From NCBI RefSeq assembly GCF_003334355.1, contig NZ_QOWP01000003.1: a stretch of DNA of 64,000 nt. One strand, 5' to 3'. Positions 1-14,900 of the stretch are shown here, piece after piece. The first letter of the stretch is position 1. Every line of letters starts with the position of its first letter. Under the pieces are notes generated by a model that saw only the letters and a program-made list of their open reading frames with translations, had not been told where the DNA came from and did not search any database. Source of the DNA: Escherichia coli. GTDB lineage: Bacteria > Pseudomonadota > Gammaproteobacteria > Enterobacterales > Enterobacteriaceae. The translations under genes were made by a program, and so were the position numbers.

Positions 1-607
1 CCAGCGAAACAGTAGGAACGTCGGCTTTGATACGCGATTGCCGCCCCTGCTCACGCTGCTTTTCAACTCTTTCCAGGCGCGACTGTATCTGCACGATGCG
101 ATTACGCAACAAACGACGGTCGGTTTCGAGCTGGGTTTCACCCGGACCACGCAAACCTATCCCGCCTTTCTGTCTTTCAAGGTGGGTCCAGCCACGCACC
201 AGGCGCGTAGCCAGATGGCGCAGCTGCGCCAGCTCAACCTGCAACTTACCCTCATGGGTACGCGCACGTTGGGCGAAAATATCTAAAATAAGGCCGGTGC
301 GGTCGATAACACGACACTCGCACAAACGCTCCAGGTTACGCTCTTGCGCCGGGCTCAGGGCATGGTCAAAAAGAACGACCGAAGCACCCGTCGCTTTGAC
401 AGCTTCCGCAATTTCAACTGCTTTACCTTCACCTACAAAATACTTTGGGTGCGGCGCTTTACGGCTACCGGTAATCACCTGCAATGCTTCGACACCGGCG
501 GAAGAGACCAGAGATTCAAACTCCTGGAGGTCTTCCATATCTTTGTCTTGCGTAAAATAGATGTGTACCAGTACCGCCTGCTCACCAGCATCATAACGGT
601 CAAACAA
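1..607 (-). CDS. hflX: GTPase HflX, N-terminal part (3' end lies beyond window start); TTG start at 605-607
   Basis: Own translation of reverse complement of 541-607 gives (M)[21 protein letters not shown], the HflX N-terminus; lies just downstream of hfq on same strand. Not in ORF track (runs off window). Confidence 0.85.
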   Translation of the reverse strand, partial: MFDRYDAGEQAVLVHIYFTQDKDMEDLQEFESLVSSAGVEALQVITGSRKAPHPKYFVGEGKAVEIAEAVKATGASVVLFDHALSPAQERNLERLCECRVIDRTGLILDIFAQRARTHEGKLQVELAQLRHLATRLVRGWTHLERQKGGIGLRGPGETQLETDRRLLRNRIVQIQSRLERVEKQREQGRQSRIKADVPTVSL

Positions 608-663
608 GCGTATAACCCTCTAAATAGATCAGCGGGGAACGCAGGATCGCTGGCTCCCCGTGT

Positions 664-1004
<341 letters not shown>

Positions 1005-1077
1005 TTATATGCTTATTTGTACTTTGAACCTTTCGATTCTGAAAAAATTGCGCACGATACGTCTCAATTGTACACAT

Positions 1078-2028
1078 TCAGCCTGCGATAGCACCAACAA
1101 CCTGTAATACTTCGTCACGCGCCTGTTCTGGTTTTTCACTGTCAAGCCAGTGAACCCCTTCCCAACCACGCAGCCAGGTTATCTGCCGCTTCGCCAACTG
1201 TCTCGTGGCGCAAACACCTCGATAAACCATTTCATCGTATGAGATTTCGCCTTCAAGGTAAGACCACATCTGGCGATAACCCACGCAACGAATGGAAGGC
1301 AAGTCCGTATGCAAATCTCCTCGGGCAAAAAGCGCCCGGACTTCTGCTTCAAAACCTGAAGCCAACATCTGATGAAAACGCTGCTCAATGCGTTGATGGA
1401 GCAGTTCACGGCTCGCCGGGGCGATGGCGAACTGATGCACCTGATACGGTAGAGCGTCTCCTGACGTTTGCGTCAGTTCCGTTAAAGTTTTACCCGAAAT
1501 GAAAAAAACTTCCAGTGCCCGGGAAAGCCTTTGTGGATCATTTGGATGAATCCTTGCTGCCGCAACCGGATCTACCTCCTGAAGTTGACGATGCAATGAC
1601 TCCCAACCTTGCTCTGCCGCCTGTTGCTCAATTCTGGCCCGCACTTCCGGGTCTGCCGACGGTAGCGGCGACAACCCTTCCAGCAATGCCTTGAAATACA
1701 ACATCGTACCGCCCACTAACAGTGGGATCCGCCCCGCCGCGGTGATATCGGCCATTTCCGCCAGCGCATCGCGGCGAAAATCAGCAGCCGAGTAAGCCTG
1801 CGACGGATCGCGAATATCCAGCAATCGGTGCGGCGCGGCGAGTAACTCTTCAGCGTTCGGCTTCGCCGTCCCGATATCCATCCCTTTGTAAATAAGGGCA
1901 GAATCAACGCTTATCAACTCTACTGGTAAAATTTTACGCAGCTCAATGGCTAACGCCGTTTTACCGGAGGCCGTCGGCCCCATCAAAAAAATCGCCTTAG
2001 GCAGGCTCGCCTTACTGATATCACTCAT
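1078..2028 (-). CDS. miaA: tRNA dimethylallyltransferase MiaA
   Basis: ORF track 316 aa with P-loop GPTASGKT near N-terminus; sequence and position upstream of hfq match MiaA. Confidence 0.95.
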
Positions 2029-3868
2029 CTTTCAGGGCTTTTATCGCCGGATGTAAATCAACAGATTGTAACAGACCACCCGGCGGCGTTTTCACAAGTT
2101 GCGGACATAACCGTTCCACGTCCGCCAGCAGGGTTATGGCCTGTGCCATTGACCACTGCGCATGTTCGCTCATCAGATTTCGTGCAATCCACTGCGCAAT
2201 ATTGCCAGGTTCGAATACGGACTGCTTCGCCAGGTAGCCTATCAGTTCAGGAATCAAGATTTGTAAATTTTGTTGGCGTAAGGGTAAAGGCACGGCCCTG
2301 ATGGTCACATGCTGTGCATCTGACTGGAAATCAATACCCAATTCCGCCAGGGCAGACTGCGCTTTTTCTAATGCCGATTTTTCTTCGCCAGAAACTTTTA
2401 GCCGCAACGGAATAAGCAGCGGCTGAGCGCAAACTGGCGCTTCACCCGGCGTCAGTTGTACCTGACGCAGCCAACGTTCTGCCACTGGCAAGGCTAAAAG
2501 TGAAATGTTGCCGTCGCGCTCCAGCAACGCACAGTCGGAATGGACGATAGTCAGTACCCGACCAAAACTCTGACTGTTCGCCGCAAGTGCAGGTTCCTGC
2601 GGTTCCGGCGCTTTTAATTTTTGCATCGGCGCGGGCGTTTGCAAAAGCTGGCGATACACTTCACCTTGCTGTTTCTGGTAGCCTGGCTGCGCATTCGGCC
2701 AGGGGGCAGCCGGACGACTGCCTGATGCTGGCGCAGGAGTGTAGCGCGGAGCTACCGGCTCACGAGCTGCCGGTTCTGCAAAGTGATTGCGCCCCGCCGC
2801 CACGCGGTTTTCCGGAATGGAACGCGGTGCAGGTTGGGGTTCATCGTCCAGCGGTAGCGGCGTTTCCAGTTGCTGTTGTAGCACGCTCAGCACGCCCTGA
2901 TAGATAAAATCATGCACCAGACGCGACTGATGGAAACGCACTTCGTGTTTGGCGGGGTGCACGTTGACGTCCACCTGATGCGGATCGATCTCCAGATACA
3001 GCACAAATGCCGGTTGCTGATCGGCCCCCAGTTTGTCTTCGCAGGCCTGGCGGATCGCGTGATTGATCAGGCGATCGCGCATCATGCGACCGTTCACGTA
3101 GCAATACTGAATTTCTGCCAGTGCAGGCGTGGTGTGATTTGGATCGGCCACCCAGCCGCGTAGCGTGAGATCGCCGTGTTGCCATTCAATCGCCAGCGCT
3201 TGTTCAAGAAAAGCGGTGCCGCAAATCGCGCCTAAGCGCCGTTCTTTTTGCCCGCCTTCCGGCACTGCGCGGTACTGACGCACAATTTTACCGTTATGCG
3301 ACAGGTTGATCGTGACGTCGAAACGCGCCAGCGCAATGCGGCGGATGATCTCATCAATGTGGTTAAATTCGGTTTTCTCGGTGCGCAGGAATTTGCGCCG
3401 CGCCGGGGTGTTGTAGAACAGATCCAGCACCTCCAGCGTCGTCCCCACAGGATGCGCCGCCGGTTTTACCGTCACGTTCATATCGCGCCCTTCGGCATAG
3501 GCCTGCCAGGCTTCCTGCTGTTCTGCGGTGCGTGAAGTGAGCATCAGGCGGGAAACCGAACTGATACTCGCCAGCGCCTCACCGCGAAAGCCCAGGCTGA
3601 TAATGGCTTCGAGATCGTCCAGAGAGGCGATTTTACTGGTGGCATGACGAGCCAGCGCCAGCGCCAGCTCATCTTTTTTGATACCGCAGCCGTTATCACG
3701 AATGCGGATAAGTTTCGCCCCACCGCGTTCGATATCAATATCGATACGCGTCGCACCTGCATCGAGGCTGTTTTCCACTAGTTCTTTGACTACCGACGCA
3801 GGTCGCTCGACCACCTCACCTGCGGCAATCTGGTTCGCCAGTTGTGGCGGTAAGACCTGAATTGGCAT
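2021..3868 (-). CDS. mutL: DNA mismatch repair protein MutL
   Basis: ORF track 616 aa [39 protein letters not shown]...; start trimmed to second Met to give 615 aa; overlaps miaA by 8 nt. Confidence 0.95.
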
Positions 3869-3877
3869 CAATCGTCC

Positions 3878-5215
3878 TTAGTTTGGCAGCGTGCGATCTG
3901 GCGTCGTCACCGTACTGGCAGTTTGTGCCGTTGCACCCTGCGGCGCAGATTGCATCGGATGCGCAAGGAAGTAATTGCGCAGGCCTTTGTAAATGGCTTC
4001 TGCCAGCTGTTGTTGGTAATCGTCGCTCGCCAGCAAACGTTCTTCGCTGTTGTTGCTGATAAAACCGGTTTCGACCAGTACTGATGGGATATCCGGCGAG
4101 CGCAGAACGCCAAGGCTGGCGTGTTCTGGTCGACGTTTATGTATTTCGCCAATGCGTTGCAACTGACTGATCATACTGGTCGCTACATCATACCCTACCC
4201 GCTGGGAATGACCGAACTGTAAATCCAGCACCGCCTGGCTTAAATAGGGGTCAGACTGACTGTTCGCCAGCACATCACCCGCCCCACCCAGCAGCTCCGA
4301 CTGTTTCTCGTGCTGCTCCAGCCAGTTGGCCATTTCACTGTTGACGCGACGGTTAGAGAGCACCCATACGGAAGCGCCAGTCGCACTGCGGTTCGGTGCG
4401 GCATCAGCGTGAATCGACACGAGGAAATTGGCGTTTTGCTTACGTGCCACATCACTGCGCCCCATCACCGAGATAAAGTAATCCCCGTCACGGGTTAAAA
4501 CGCCTTTAAACATCGGATCGTCATTGAGCAAAGTACGCAATTTACGCGCGATGGCGATGGTGACATTTTTCTCCCGCGTACCACCGGGGCCGATAGCGCC
4601 AGGGTCCTGACCGCCGTGTCCGGCATCAATAGCGATGATAATTTTATCGCCAGTGTTAGCCGTCGCGCGCGCTGCCGGACGCGTTACCGTATTACTGCTG
4701 ATAACACCCGTAGTGCGGTTACTTTCCGTTTTAAACGGATTGCGCGCCGGTTCGCTGACGCGCGGTGCGACAACCGCAGGCGTTTCAACGCGTTTCGCAA
4801 CCACGGGCGGCGGAGGAGGCGGTGGCGGCACATCGGCGTTAATCGTAAAGACGACAGTGTAATTGCTGCCATTCTGCCGCTTCACCGCTTCGGTTTTACC
4901 GTTTTCGGTAAGATCGACCACCAGCCGTAGCGTTTGTGCATCTTTAGGCGTTCCAGAGCGAATCGCCTTCACCAGATTATTGCCGCTGAACAACAACGGC
5001 AGTCCCTGAATCACGCCCGTTTGTTTGATATCGAGCGCCACGGTGCGTTTGCTTTGATGGCTAAACGCATAATCAGGATCGCCAATAAAACTCAACGTTA
5101 TCCGCGCCTGTTGATTACCGTTAGAAACCTGAATATCAGAGAGCGTCGCGGCACCCACCGGCGTGCACAGCAGCAGCAGCGTCGCTACCAACCAATTTCT
5201 GATGCGATACATCAT
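3878..5215 (-). CDS. amiB: N-acetylmuramoyl-L-alanine amidase AmiB
   Basis: ORF track 450 aa; trimmed to [22 protein letters not shown] (signal peptide) for 445 aa; contains the octaproline tract and amidase_3 region. Confidence 0.93.
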   Translation of the reverse strand: MMYRIRNWLVATLLLLCTPVGAATLSDIQVSNGNQQARITLSFIGDPDYAFSHQSKRTVALDIKQTGVIQGLPLLFSGNNLVKAIRSGTPKDAQTLRLVVDLTENGKTEAVKRQNGSNYTVVFTINADVPPPPPPPPVVAKRVETPAVVAPRVSEPARNPFKTESNRTTGVISSNTVTRPAARATANTGDKIIIAIDAGHGGQDPGAIGPGGTREKNVTIAIARKLRTLLNDDPMFKGVLTRDGDYFISVMGRSDVARKQNANFLVSIHADAAPNRSATGASVWVLSNRRVNSEMANWLEQHEKQSELLGGAGDVLANSQSDPYLSQAVLDLQFGHSQRVGYDVATSMISQLQRIGEIHKRRPEHASLGVLRSPDIPSVLVETGFISNNSEERLLASDDYQQQLAEAIYKGLRNYFLAHPMQSAPQGATAQTASTVTTPDRTLPN

Positions 5216-5233
5216 CCCGCCACCTTTCAAAGG

Positions 5234-7212
<1,979 letters not shown>

Positions 7213-7214
<2 letters not shown>

Positions 7215-8352
7215 GTCAGAGCCCCTCGATCTCAATCAGTTAGCGCAAAAAATTAAACAGTGGGGGCTGGAACTGGGCTTTCAGCAGGTAGGTATTACCG
7301 ATACCGATCTCAGCGAGTCCGAGCCCAAACTGCAAGCATGGCTGGACAAACAATACCACGGCGAAATGGACTGGATGGCACGTCACGGTATGCTGCGCGC
7401 TCGCCCTCATGAGTTATTGCCCGGTACGCTGCGCGTGATCAGCGTGCGGATGAATTACCTTCCTGCTAACGCCGCATTTGCCAGCACGCTGAAAAACCCC
7501 AAACTCGGCTATGTTAGCCGTTATGCGCTGGGCCGTGACTATCACAAACTTCTGCGCAACCGACTCAAAAAGCTGGGCGAGATGATTCAGCAACATTGTG
7601 TTTCGCTGAATTTTAGACCGTTTGTCGATTCTGCGCCTATTCTCGAGCGCCCGTTAGCTGAAAAAGCTGGGCTCGGCTGGACAGGTAAGCACTCACTTAT
7701 CCTCAATCGCGAGGCCGGTTCGTTCTTCTTTTTAGGCGAATTGCTGGTCGATATTCCGCTGCCCGTGGATCAACCAGTCGAGGAAGGATGCGGCAAATGC
7801 GTGGCCTGTATGACGATTTGCCCGACCGGTGCCATCGTCGAGCCATATACCGTCGATGCTCGCCGCTGTATCTCTTATCTCACCATCGAACTTGAAGGGG
7901 CGATCCCGGAAGAGTTGCGACCGTTAATGGGAAACCGTATTTACGGTTGCGATGACTGCCAGCTTATCTGCCCGTGGAATCGCTATTCACAACTCACCAC
8001 AGAAGAGGATTTCAGCCCGCGTAAGCCGCTACACGCACCGGAACTCATTGAGTTATTCGCCTGGAGCGAAGAGAAGTTTTTAAAAGTCACGGAAGGATCG
8101 GCGATTCGTCGTATTGGTCACCTGCGTTGGCTGCGTAATATCGCCGTAGCATTAGGCAATGCCCCTTGGGATGAAACGATTTTGACAGCGCTGGAAAGTC
8201 GTAAAGGTGAGCACCCACTTCTCGATGAGCACATAGCGTGGGCGATTGCGCAGCAAATAGAGAGACGAAATGCGTGCATAGTCGAAGTGCAATTGCCGAA
8301 AAAACAGCGTCTGGTTCGGGTGATTGAAAAAGGGTTACCGCGTGACGCCTGA
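7213..8352 (+). CDS. queG: Epoxyqueuosine reductase QueG (YjeS), 379 aa
   Basis: ORF track 7105-8352 contains MSEPLDLNQLAQKIKQWGLELGFQQ from codon 37; start set to that ATG (7213); 4Fe-4S cysteine motifs CGKCVACMTICP present. Confidence 0.9.
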
Positions 8353-8621
8353 TTCATCCACAGCTTGTGAATAAAAATAAAAACGCATTGCAATTCAAGA
8401 CGAATAAAATCGTCAAGTGATCGACTCGACAAAACGGAATCTTAATTTTTAACTTATCTATCAATAGGTTAAAAAAATACTATTCACCGTGCGAAGTTTC
8501 TTTGAAATTAAGATTACAGCCTGAGGCTGTGGATAACTCTGTTTACAAGAGTTTGTCAGAGACAACAAAAACCAGCAATAACGCATCGCGTCGCTGTGGA
8601 TATTTTATTGAGAGAAGAATT

Positions 8622-8697
<76 letters not shown>

Positions 8698-8854
8698 TTA
8701 ATCTTCGTCTTTCGAACCGCTACTGCCTTGGCTGCCTTCACTCACCTTAGTCACATACTTTTGTAAGTTCCCAAGGATTCGTTCAGTTGCCGCCTTGTCG
8801 CAATTCGAAATACTGCGATTGGGTGGTCTGTGCTTTGCAGCACTTTTCAAATTT

Positions 8855-8930
<76 letters not shown>

Positions 8931-9140
8931 GTACTATTTAATTTTGCTTTCGTAATTTTCGCATTTCTGCGTCGTTACGGGAGGCGCATTATACGAGAAA
9001 TCTTTCCCTCTGCAACCCCCCAAAAAAGTTTTTTTTGCGTTTTTATCTCAAGTGCTGAAATTATCAGCAAGACGTTCAATTTAGCGTCAAAATCACGCCG
9101 CCGCAAGTGGATTCCGGCGCTTACGTGACCAGGAAAAATT

Positions 9141-9686
9141 TTACAGCTTGATAAAATGCTCGCGGTAGTAAGCCAGCTCCGCCACCGATTCACGGATATC
9201 ATCCATCGCCTGATGCGTCCCCTGCTTGGTAAAACCATCCAGAATTTCCGGCTTCCAGCGGCGCGCCAGCTCTTTCAGGGTGCTGACATCGAGATAACGG
9301 TAGTGGAAGTAGGCTTCCAGCTCCGGCATGTATTTAAACAGGAAACGACGGTCCTGACCGATGCTGTTACCGCAAATCGGCGATTTTCCCGCAGGCACCC
9401 ACTGTTTTAAAAATTCGAGCGTTGCCAGTTCAGCTTCCCGATCGCCCATCGTGCTCGCTTTCACGCGCTCTACCAGCCCGCTGGCGGTATGGGTGCGCAC
9501 GTTCCAGTCATCCATCAGCGCCAGCTGTTCATCAGACTGGTGTACTGCAATGGTCGGCCCTTCTGCCAGAATATTCAGGTTGGCATCGGTCACCAGCGTG
9601 GCAATCTCAATAATGCGATCGCGCTCGGGATCCAGACCGGTCATCTCAAGATCGATCCAAATCAGGTTGTTTTCATTGGCACTCAT
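9141..9686 (-). CDS. orn: Oligoribonuclease Orn, 181 aa
   Basis: ORF track 9141-9830; start trimmed to [29 protein letters not shown] (DEDDh exonuclease motif). Confidence 0.93.
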
Positions 9687-9780
9687 GCTATTTTCCACCC
9701 ATTCACAGTGACTATATTGATCCACAATTGCGTGTATCATAGATGTTTTGCCCATCAGGGGCGACCAGGAGTCTGTACGA

Positions 9781-10833
9781 TTGAGTAAAAATAAACTCTC
9801 CAAAGGCCAGCAGCGCCGCGTGAACGCCAATCACCAGCGTCGTCTTAAAACGTCTAAGGAGAAGCCCGACTACGACGACAATCTGTTTGGCGAGCCTGAT
9901 GAAGGTATCGTCATCAGCCGCTTTGGTATGCACGCTGATGTGGAATCCGCCGATGGCGACGTTCACCGCTGCAATATTCGCCGTACCATCCGTTCGCTGG
10001 TAACCGGCGACCGCGTAGTCTGGCGTCCGGGTAAACCGGCGGCGGAAGGCGTAAATGTCAAAGGGATCGTGGAAGCGGTGCATGAGCGTACCTCGGTGTT
10101 GACGCGTCCGGATTTCTACGACGGCGTAAAACCTATTGCCGCCAACATCGACCAGATTGTCATTGTCTCCGCCATTTTGCCGGAGCTGTCGCTCAATATT
10201 ATCGACCGTTACCTGGTGGCCTGCGAAACCTTGCAGATTGAGCCGATTATTGTGCTCAACAAGATAGACCTGCTGGACGACGAAGGCATGGCGTTCGTCA
10301 ACGAGCAGATGGATATCTACCGCAATATCGGTTATCGCGTATTGATGGTTTCCAGCCATACTCAGGATGGGCTAAAACCGCTGGAAGAGGCGTTGACCGG
10401 GCGCATCAGCATTTTTGCCGGGCAGTCTGGCGTCGGCAAATCCAGCCTGCTGAATGCGTTGCTGGGGCTGCAAAAAGAGATCCTGACCAACGATATCTCT
10501 GACAACTCGGGGCTCGGTCAGCACACCACGACCGCCGCTCGGCTGTATCACTTCCCGCACGGCGGTGATGTGATTGACTCCCCAGGAGTGCGTGAGTTCG
10601 GCCTCTGGCACCTGGAGCCGGAACAAATCACTCAGGGCTTTGTCGAATTCCATGACTATTTAGGTCTGTGTAAATATCGCGATTGCAAACACGATACCGA
10701 TCCGGGCTGCGCTATCCGGGAAGCGGTTGAGGAAGGGAAAATCGCGGAAACCCGTTTCGAAAACTATCACCGTATTCTGGAAAGCATGGCGCAGGTAAAA
10801 ACGCGTAAAAACTTTTCTGATACGGATGACTGA
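9781..10833 (+). CDS. rsgA: Ribosome small-subunit biogenesis GTPase RsgA (YjeQ), 350 aa, TTG start
   Basis: ORF track 9748-10833; product reads (M)[20 protein letters not shown] from TTG at 9781; GTPase motifs [15 protein letters not shown] present. Confidence 0.88.
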
Positions 10834-10876
10834 CAATTAAGCTAACCGTCGTTAGAATCGTCCCCTTTTTTTCAGG

Positions 10877-10898
10877 ATCCGGCATGTAGGCCGGATCA
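10877..10898. repeat. REP-like palindrome GATCCGGC-atgtag-GCCGGATC between rsgA and psd
   Basis: Perfect 8-bp inverted repeat with 6-nt loop, seen directly. Confidence 0.5.
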
Positions 10899-10929
10899 GG
10901 AACGACAAAACAATGGCCTGGAGGCTACC

Positions 10930-11898
10930 TTGTTAAATTCATTTAAACTTTCGCTACAGTACATTCTGCCGAAACTATGGCTTACTCGCCTGGCGGGTTG
11001 GGGCGCAAGCAAGCGGGCAGGATGGCTGACAAAACTGGTTATCGATCTGTTCGTTAAATACTACAAGGTCGACATGAAAGAGGCGCAAAAGCCGGACACC
11101 GCCAGCTACCGCACCTTTAACGAATTCTTTGTCCGTCCGCTGCGTGACGAAGTACGCCCAATTGATACCGATCCGAATGTACTGGTCATGCCTGCCGATG
11201 GCGTTATCAGCCAGTTGGGTAAAATCGAAGAAGATAAAATCCTGCAAGCCAAAGGCCACAACTACAGCCTCGAAGCCCTGCTGGCAGGCAACTATCTGAT
11301 GGCGGACCTGTTCCGCAACGGTACGTTTGTGACCACTTACCTCTCCCCGCGTGACTACCACCGCGTACACATGCCGTGCAACGGTATTCTGCGTGAGATG
11401 ATCTACGTGCCGGGCGATCTCTTCTCCGTTAACCATCTCACGGCTCAGAACGTGCCGAATCTGTTTGCCCGTAACGAACGCGTGATTTGCCTTTTCGATA
11501 CCGAATTTGGCCCAATGGCGCAGATTCTGGTCGGAGCGACGATTGTTGGCAGCATTGAGACGGTCTGGGCGGGCACCATTACGCCGCCGCGCGAAGGTAT
11601 CATCAAGCGCTGGACCTGGCCTGCCGGGGAAAACGACGGTTCTGTGGCACTGCTGAAAGGCCAGGAAATGGGTCGCTTTAAACTCGGTTCCACCGTTATC
11701 AACCTGTTTGCACCGGGTAAAGTGAATCTGGTTGAGCAACTGGAAAGCCTGTCTGTCACGAAAATTGGCCAGCCGCTGGCAGTATCTACCGAAACCTTTG
11801 TTACGCCAGACGCTGAACCTGCCCCGCTTCCTGCTGAAGAGATCGAAGCAGAACACGACGCCAGCCCATTGGTTGACGACAAAAAAGACCAGGTCTAA
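10930..11898 (+). CDS. psd: Phosphatidylserine decarboxylase proenzyme Psd, TTG start
   Basis: ORF track 322 aa [25 protein letters not shown]...; ends with LGST self-cleavage motif region ([11 protein letters not shown]). Confidence 0.93.
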
Positions 11899-11919
11899 TC
11901 CATCAAAGGAAACGCTGAC

Positions 11920-14900
11920 GTGCGCCTGATTATCACTTTTCTGATGGCCTGGTGCCTCAGTTGGGGGGCGTACGCCGCGACGGCCCCCGATAGCAAACAA
12001 ATCACTCAGGAACTGGAGCAGGCAAAAGCGGCGAAACCCGCACAGCCGGAAGTCGTAGAGGCGCTCCAGTCTGCCTTAAATGCGCTTGAGGAACGAAAAG
12101 GTTCCCTTGAGCGCATCAAACAATATCAGCAAGTTATCGATAATTATCCGAAACTCTCCGCTACTCTGCGCGCACAATTAAACAACATGCGTGACGAGCC
12201 GCGCAGCGTGTCGCCGGGAATGTCTACCGACGCGCTGAATCAGGAAATTCTCCAGGTCAGCAGCCAGTTGCTGGATAAAAGCCGTCAGGCCCAGCAAGAG
12301 CAGGAGCGCGCCCGCGAGATTGCCGATTCGCTGAATCAACTGCCGCAACAGCAAACCGACGCCCGCCGTCAGTTAAATGAGATCGAGCGCCGCCTGGGAA
12401 CGCTTACCGGCAATACTCCGCTCAATCAGGCACAAAATTTCGCGTTGCAGTCTGACTCTGCACGTCTTAAGGCGCTCGTTGATGAACTGGAGCTGGCGCA
12501 GCTGTCTGCCAATAACCGCCAGGAATTAGCGCGCTTACGCTCAGAGCTGGCGGAAAAAGAGAGCCAGCAACTGGATGCGTATTTGCAGGCCTTGCGTAAT
12601 CAATTAAACAGCCAACGTCAGCTTGAGGCGGAGCGGGCGCTGGAAAGTACCGAATTGCTGGCAGAAAACAGCGCCGATTTGCCGAAAGATATCGTCGCGC
12701 AATTCAAAATTAACCGCGAACTATCGGCGGCTTTGAATCAACAGGCGCAGCGGATGGATCTCGTTGCCTCGCAACAGCGTCAGGCTGCCAGCCAGACGTT
12801 ACAGGTCCGGCAGGCGTTGAATACGCTGCGTGAACAGTCGCAATGGCTGGGATCGTCCAATCTGCTCGGCGAAGCGCTGCGGGCGCAGGTGGCACGGCTG
12901 CCGGAAATGCCGAAACCACAACAGCTTGATACCGAAATGGCGCAGTTGCGTGTGCAACGGTTACGTTATGAGGATCTGCTTAATAAACAGCCGCTGCTAC
13001 GGCAAATTCATCAGGCCGACGGTCAGCCGCTGACTGCCGAGCAAAACCGTATTCTGGAAGCACAACTGCGCACTCAGCGTGAGTTGCTGAACTCATTGTT
13101 GCAGGGTGGCGACACGCTACTATTGGAACTGACCAAGCTGAAAGTCTCCAACGGGCAACTGGAGGATGCGCTGAAAGAGGTGAACGAAGCAACGCACCGC
13201 TATCTGTTCTGGACCTCTGACGTGCGCCCGATGACCATCGCCTGGCCGCTGGAAATCGCCCAGGATCTGCGTCGTCTCATTTCGCTGGACACCTTCAGTC
13301 AGTTGGGCAAAGCCAGTGTGATGATGCTGACCAGCAAAGAGACAATTTTGCCGCTGTTTGGCGCGTTGATTCTGGTCGGTTGCAGTATTTACTCGCGCCG
13401 CTATTTCACCCGTTTTCTTGAACGTTCGGCGGCGAAAGTTGGCAAAGTGACTCAGGATCACTTCTGGCTGACGTTGCGCACTCTTTTCTGGTCGATTCTC
13501 GTCGCGTCACCGTTACCGGTGCTGTGGATGACGCTGGGTTACGGCTTGCGCGAGGCGTGGCCTTATCCGCTGGCGGTCGCGATTGGCGATGGTGTAACGG
13601 CCACCGTGCCGCTGCTGTGGGTAGTGATGATTTGCGCCACCTTTGCCCGCCCGAACGGCTTGTTTATCGCTCATTTTGGCTGGCCGCGCGAACGTGTTTC
13701 CCGTGGGATGCGCTACTACCTGATGAGCATCGGGCTTATTGTGCCGCTGATTATGGCGCTGATGATGTTCGATAACCTCGACGACCGTGAATTCTCCGGT
13801 TCGCTGGGACGGCTTTGCTTTATCCTCATTTGCGGTGCGCTGGCGGTGGTCACCCTCAGCCTGAAAAAGGCCGGGATTCCGCTGTATCTCAACAAAGAGG
13901 GCAGCGGCGACAACATTACCAACCATATGCTGTGGAACATGATGATTGGCGCGCCGTTGGTTGCCATTCTGGCGTCGGCGGTGGGTTATCTGGCAACGGC
14001 ACAGGCGCTGTTAGCGAGGCTTGAAACCTCGGTTGCCATCTGGTTCCTGCTACTGGTGGTTTATCACGTTATCCGCCGCTGGATGCTGATCCAGCGCCGC
14101 AGGCTGGCGTTTGATCGGGCGAAGCATCGCCGGGCAGAGATGTTAGCGCAACGTGCGCGTGGCGAAGAGGAAGCGCATCATCACAGTAGCCCGGAAGGAG
14201 CAATTGAAGTCGATGAAAGCGAAGTCGATCTCGATGCCATCAGTGCGCAATCCTTGCGGCTGGTGCGCTCAATTTTGATGTTGATCGCCCTGCTTTCTGT
14301 CATTGTGCTGTGGTCAGAAATCCATTCCGCTTTCGGCTTCCTCGAAAATATTTCGCTGTGGGATGTCACCTCCACGGTACAGGGCGTAGAAAGTCTGGAG
14401 CCAATTACCCTCGGTGCGGTGCTGATTGCCATTCTGGTGTTTATCATCACCACGCAGCTGGTGCGCAACTTGCCCGCGCTGCTGGAACTGGCGATTTTGC
14501 AGCACCTGGATTTAACGCCGGGTACGGGTTACGCCATCACCACCATCACCAAATATCTGCTGATGCTGATTGGCGGGCTGGTCGGCTTCTCAATGATTGG
14601 TATTGAGTGGTCGAAATTGCAGTGGCTGGTTGCCGCGCTCGGTGTTGGTCTCGGTTTTGGTTTGCAGGAAATTTTCGCCAACTTTATCTCTGGTCTGATT
14701 ATCCTGTTCGAAAAACCGATTCGCATTGGCGATACGGTGACAATTCGCGATCTCACCGGTAGCGTGACGAAAATTAACACCCGCGCCACCACCATCAGCG
14801 ACTGGGACCGTAAAGAGATAATCGTGCCGAACAAGGCGTTTATTACCGAGCAGTTTATCAACTGGTCGCTCTCTGACTCGGTCACGCGCGTGGTGTTGAC

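Noticed and set aside
8698-8854. 157-bp spacer between the two tRNA-Gly genes as a third intact tRNA
   Set aside because: I could not find an acceptor stem or T-arm pairing on either strand; only short fragments resemble tRNA. Reported as a finding rather than a feature.
10975-12000. 341-aa minus-strand ORF antisense to psd
   Set aside because: Lies entirely opposite a highly conserved gene whose translation I recognise; long antisense ORFs are common in GC-balanced coding DNA. No ribosome binding site, no recognisable protein.
12000-13200. Repetitive Gln/Leu/Ala-rich sequence in the first third of mscM
   Set aside because: It encodes the periplasmic coiled-coil domain of the channel; the periodicity is at the protein level only.
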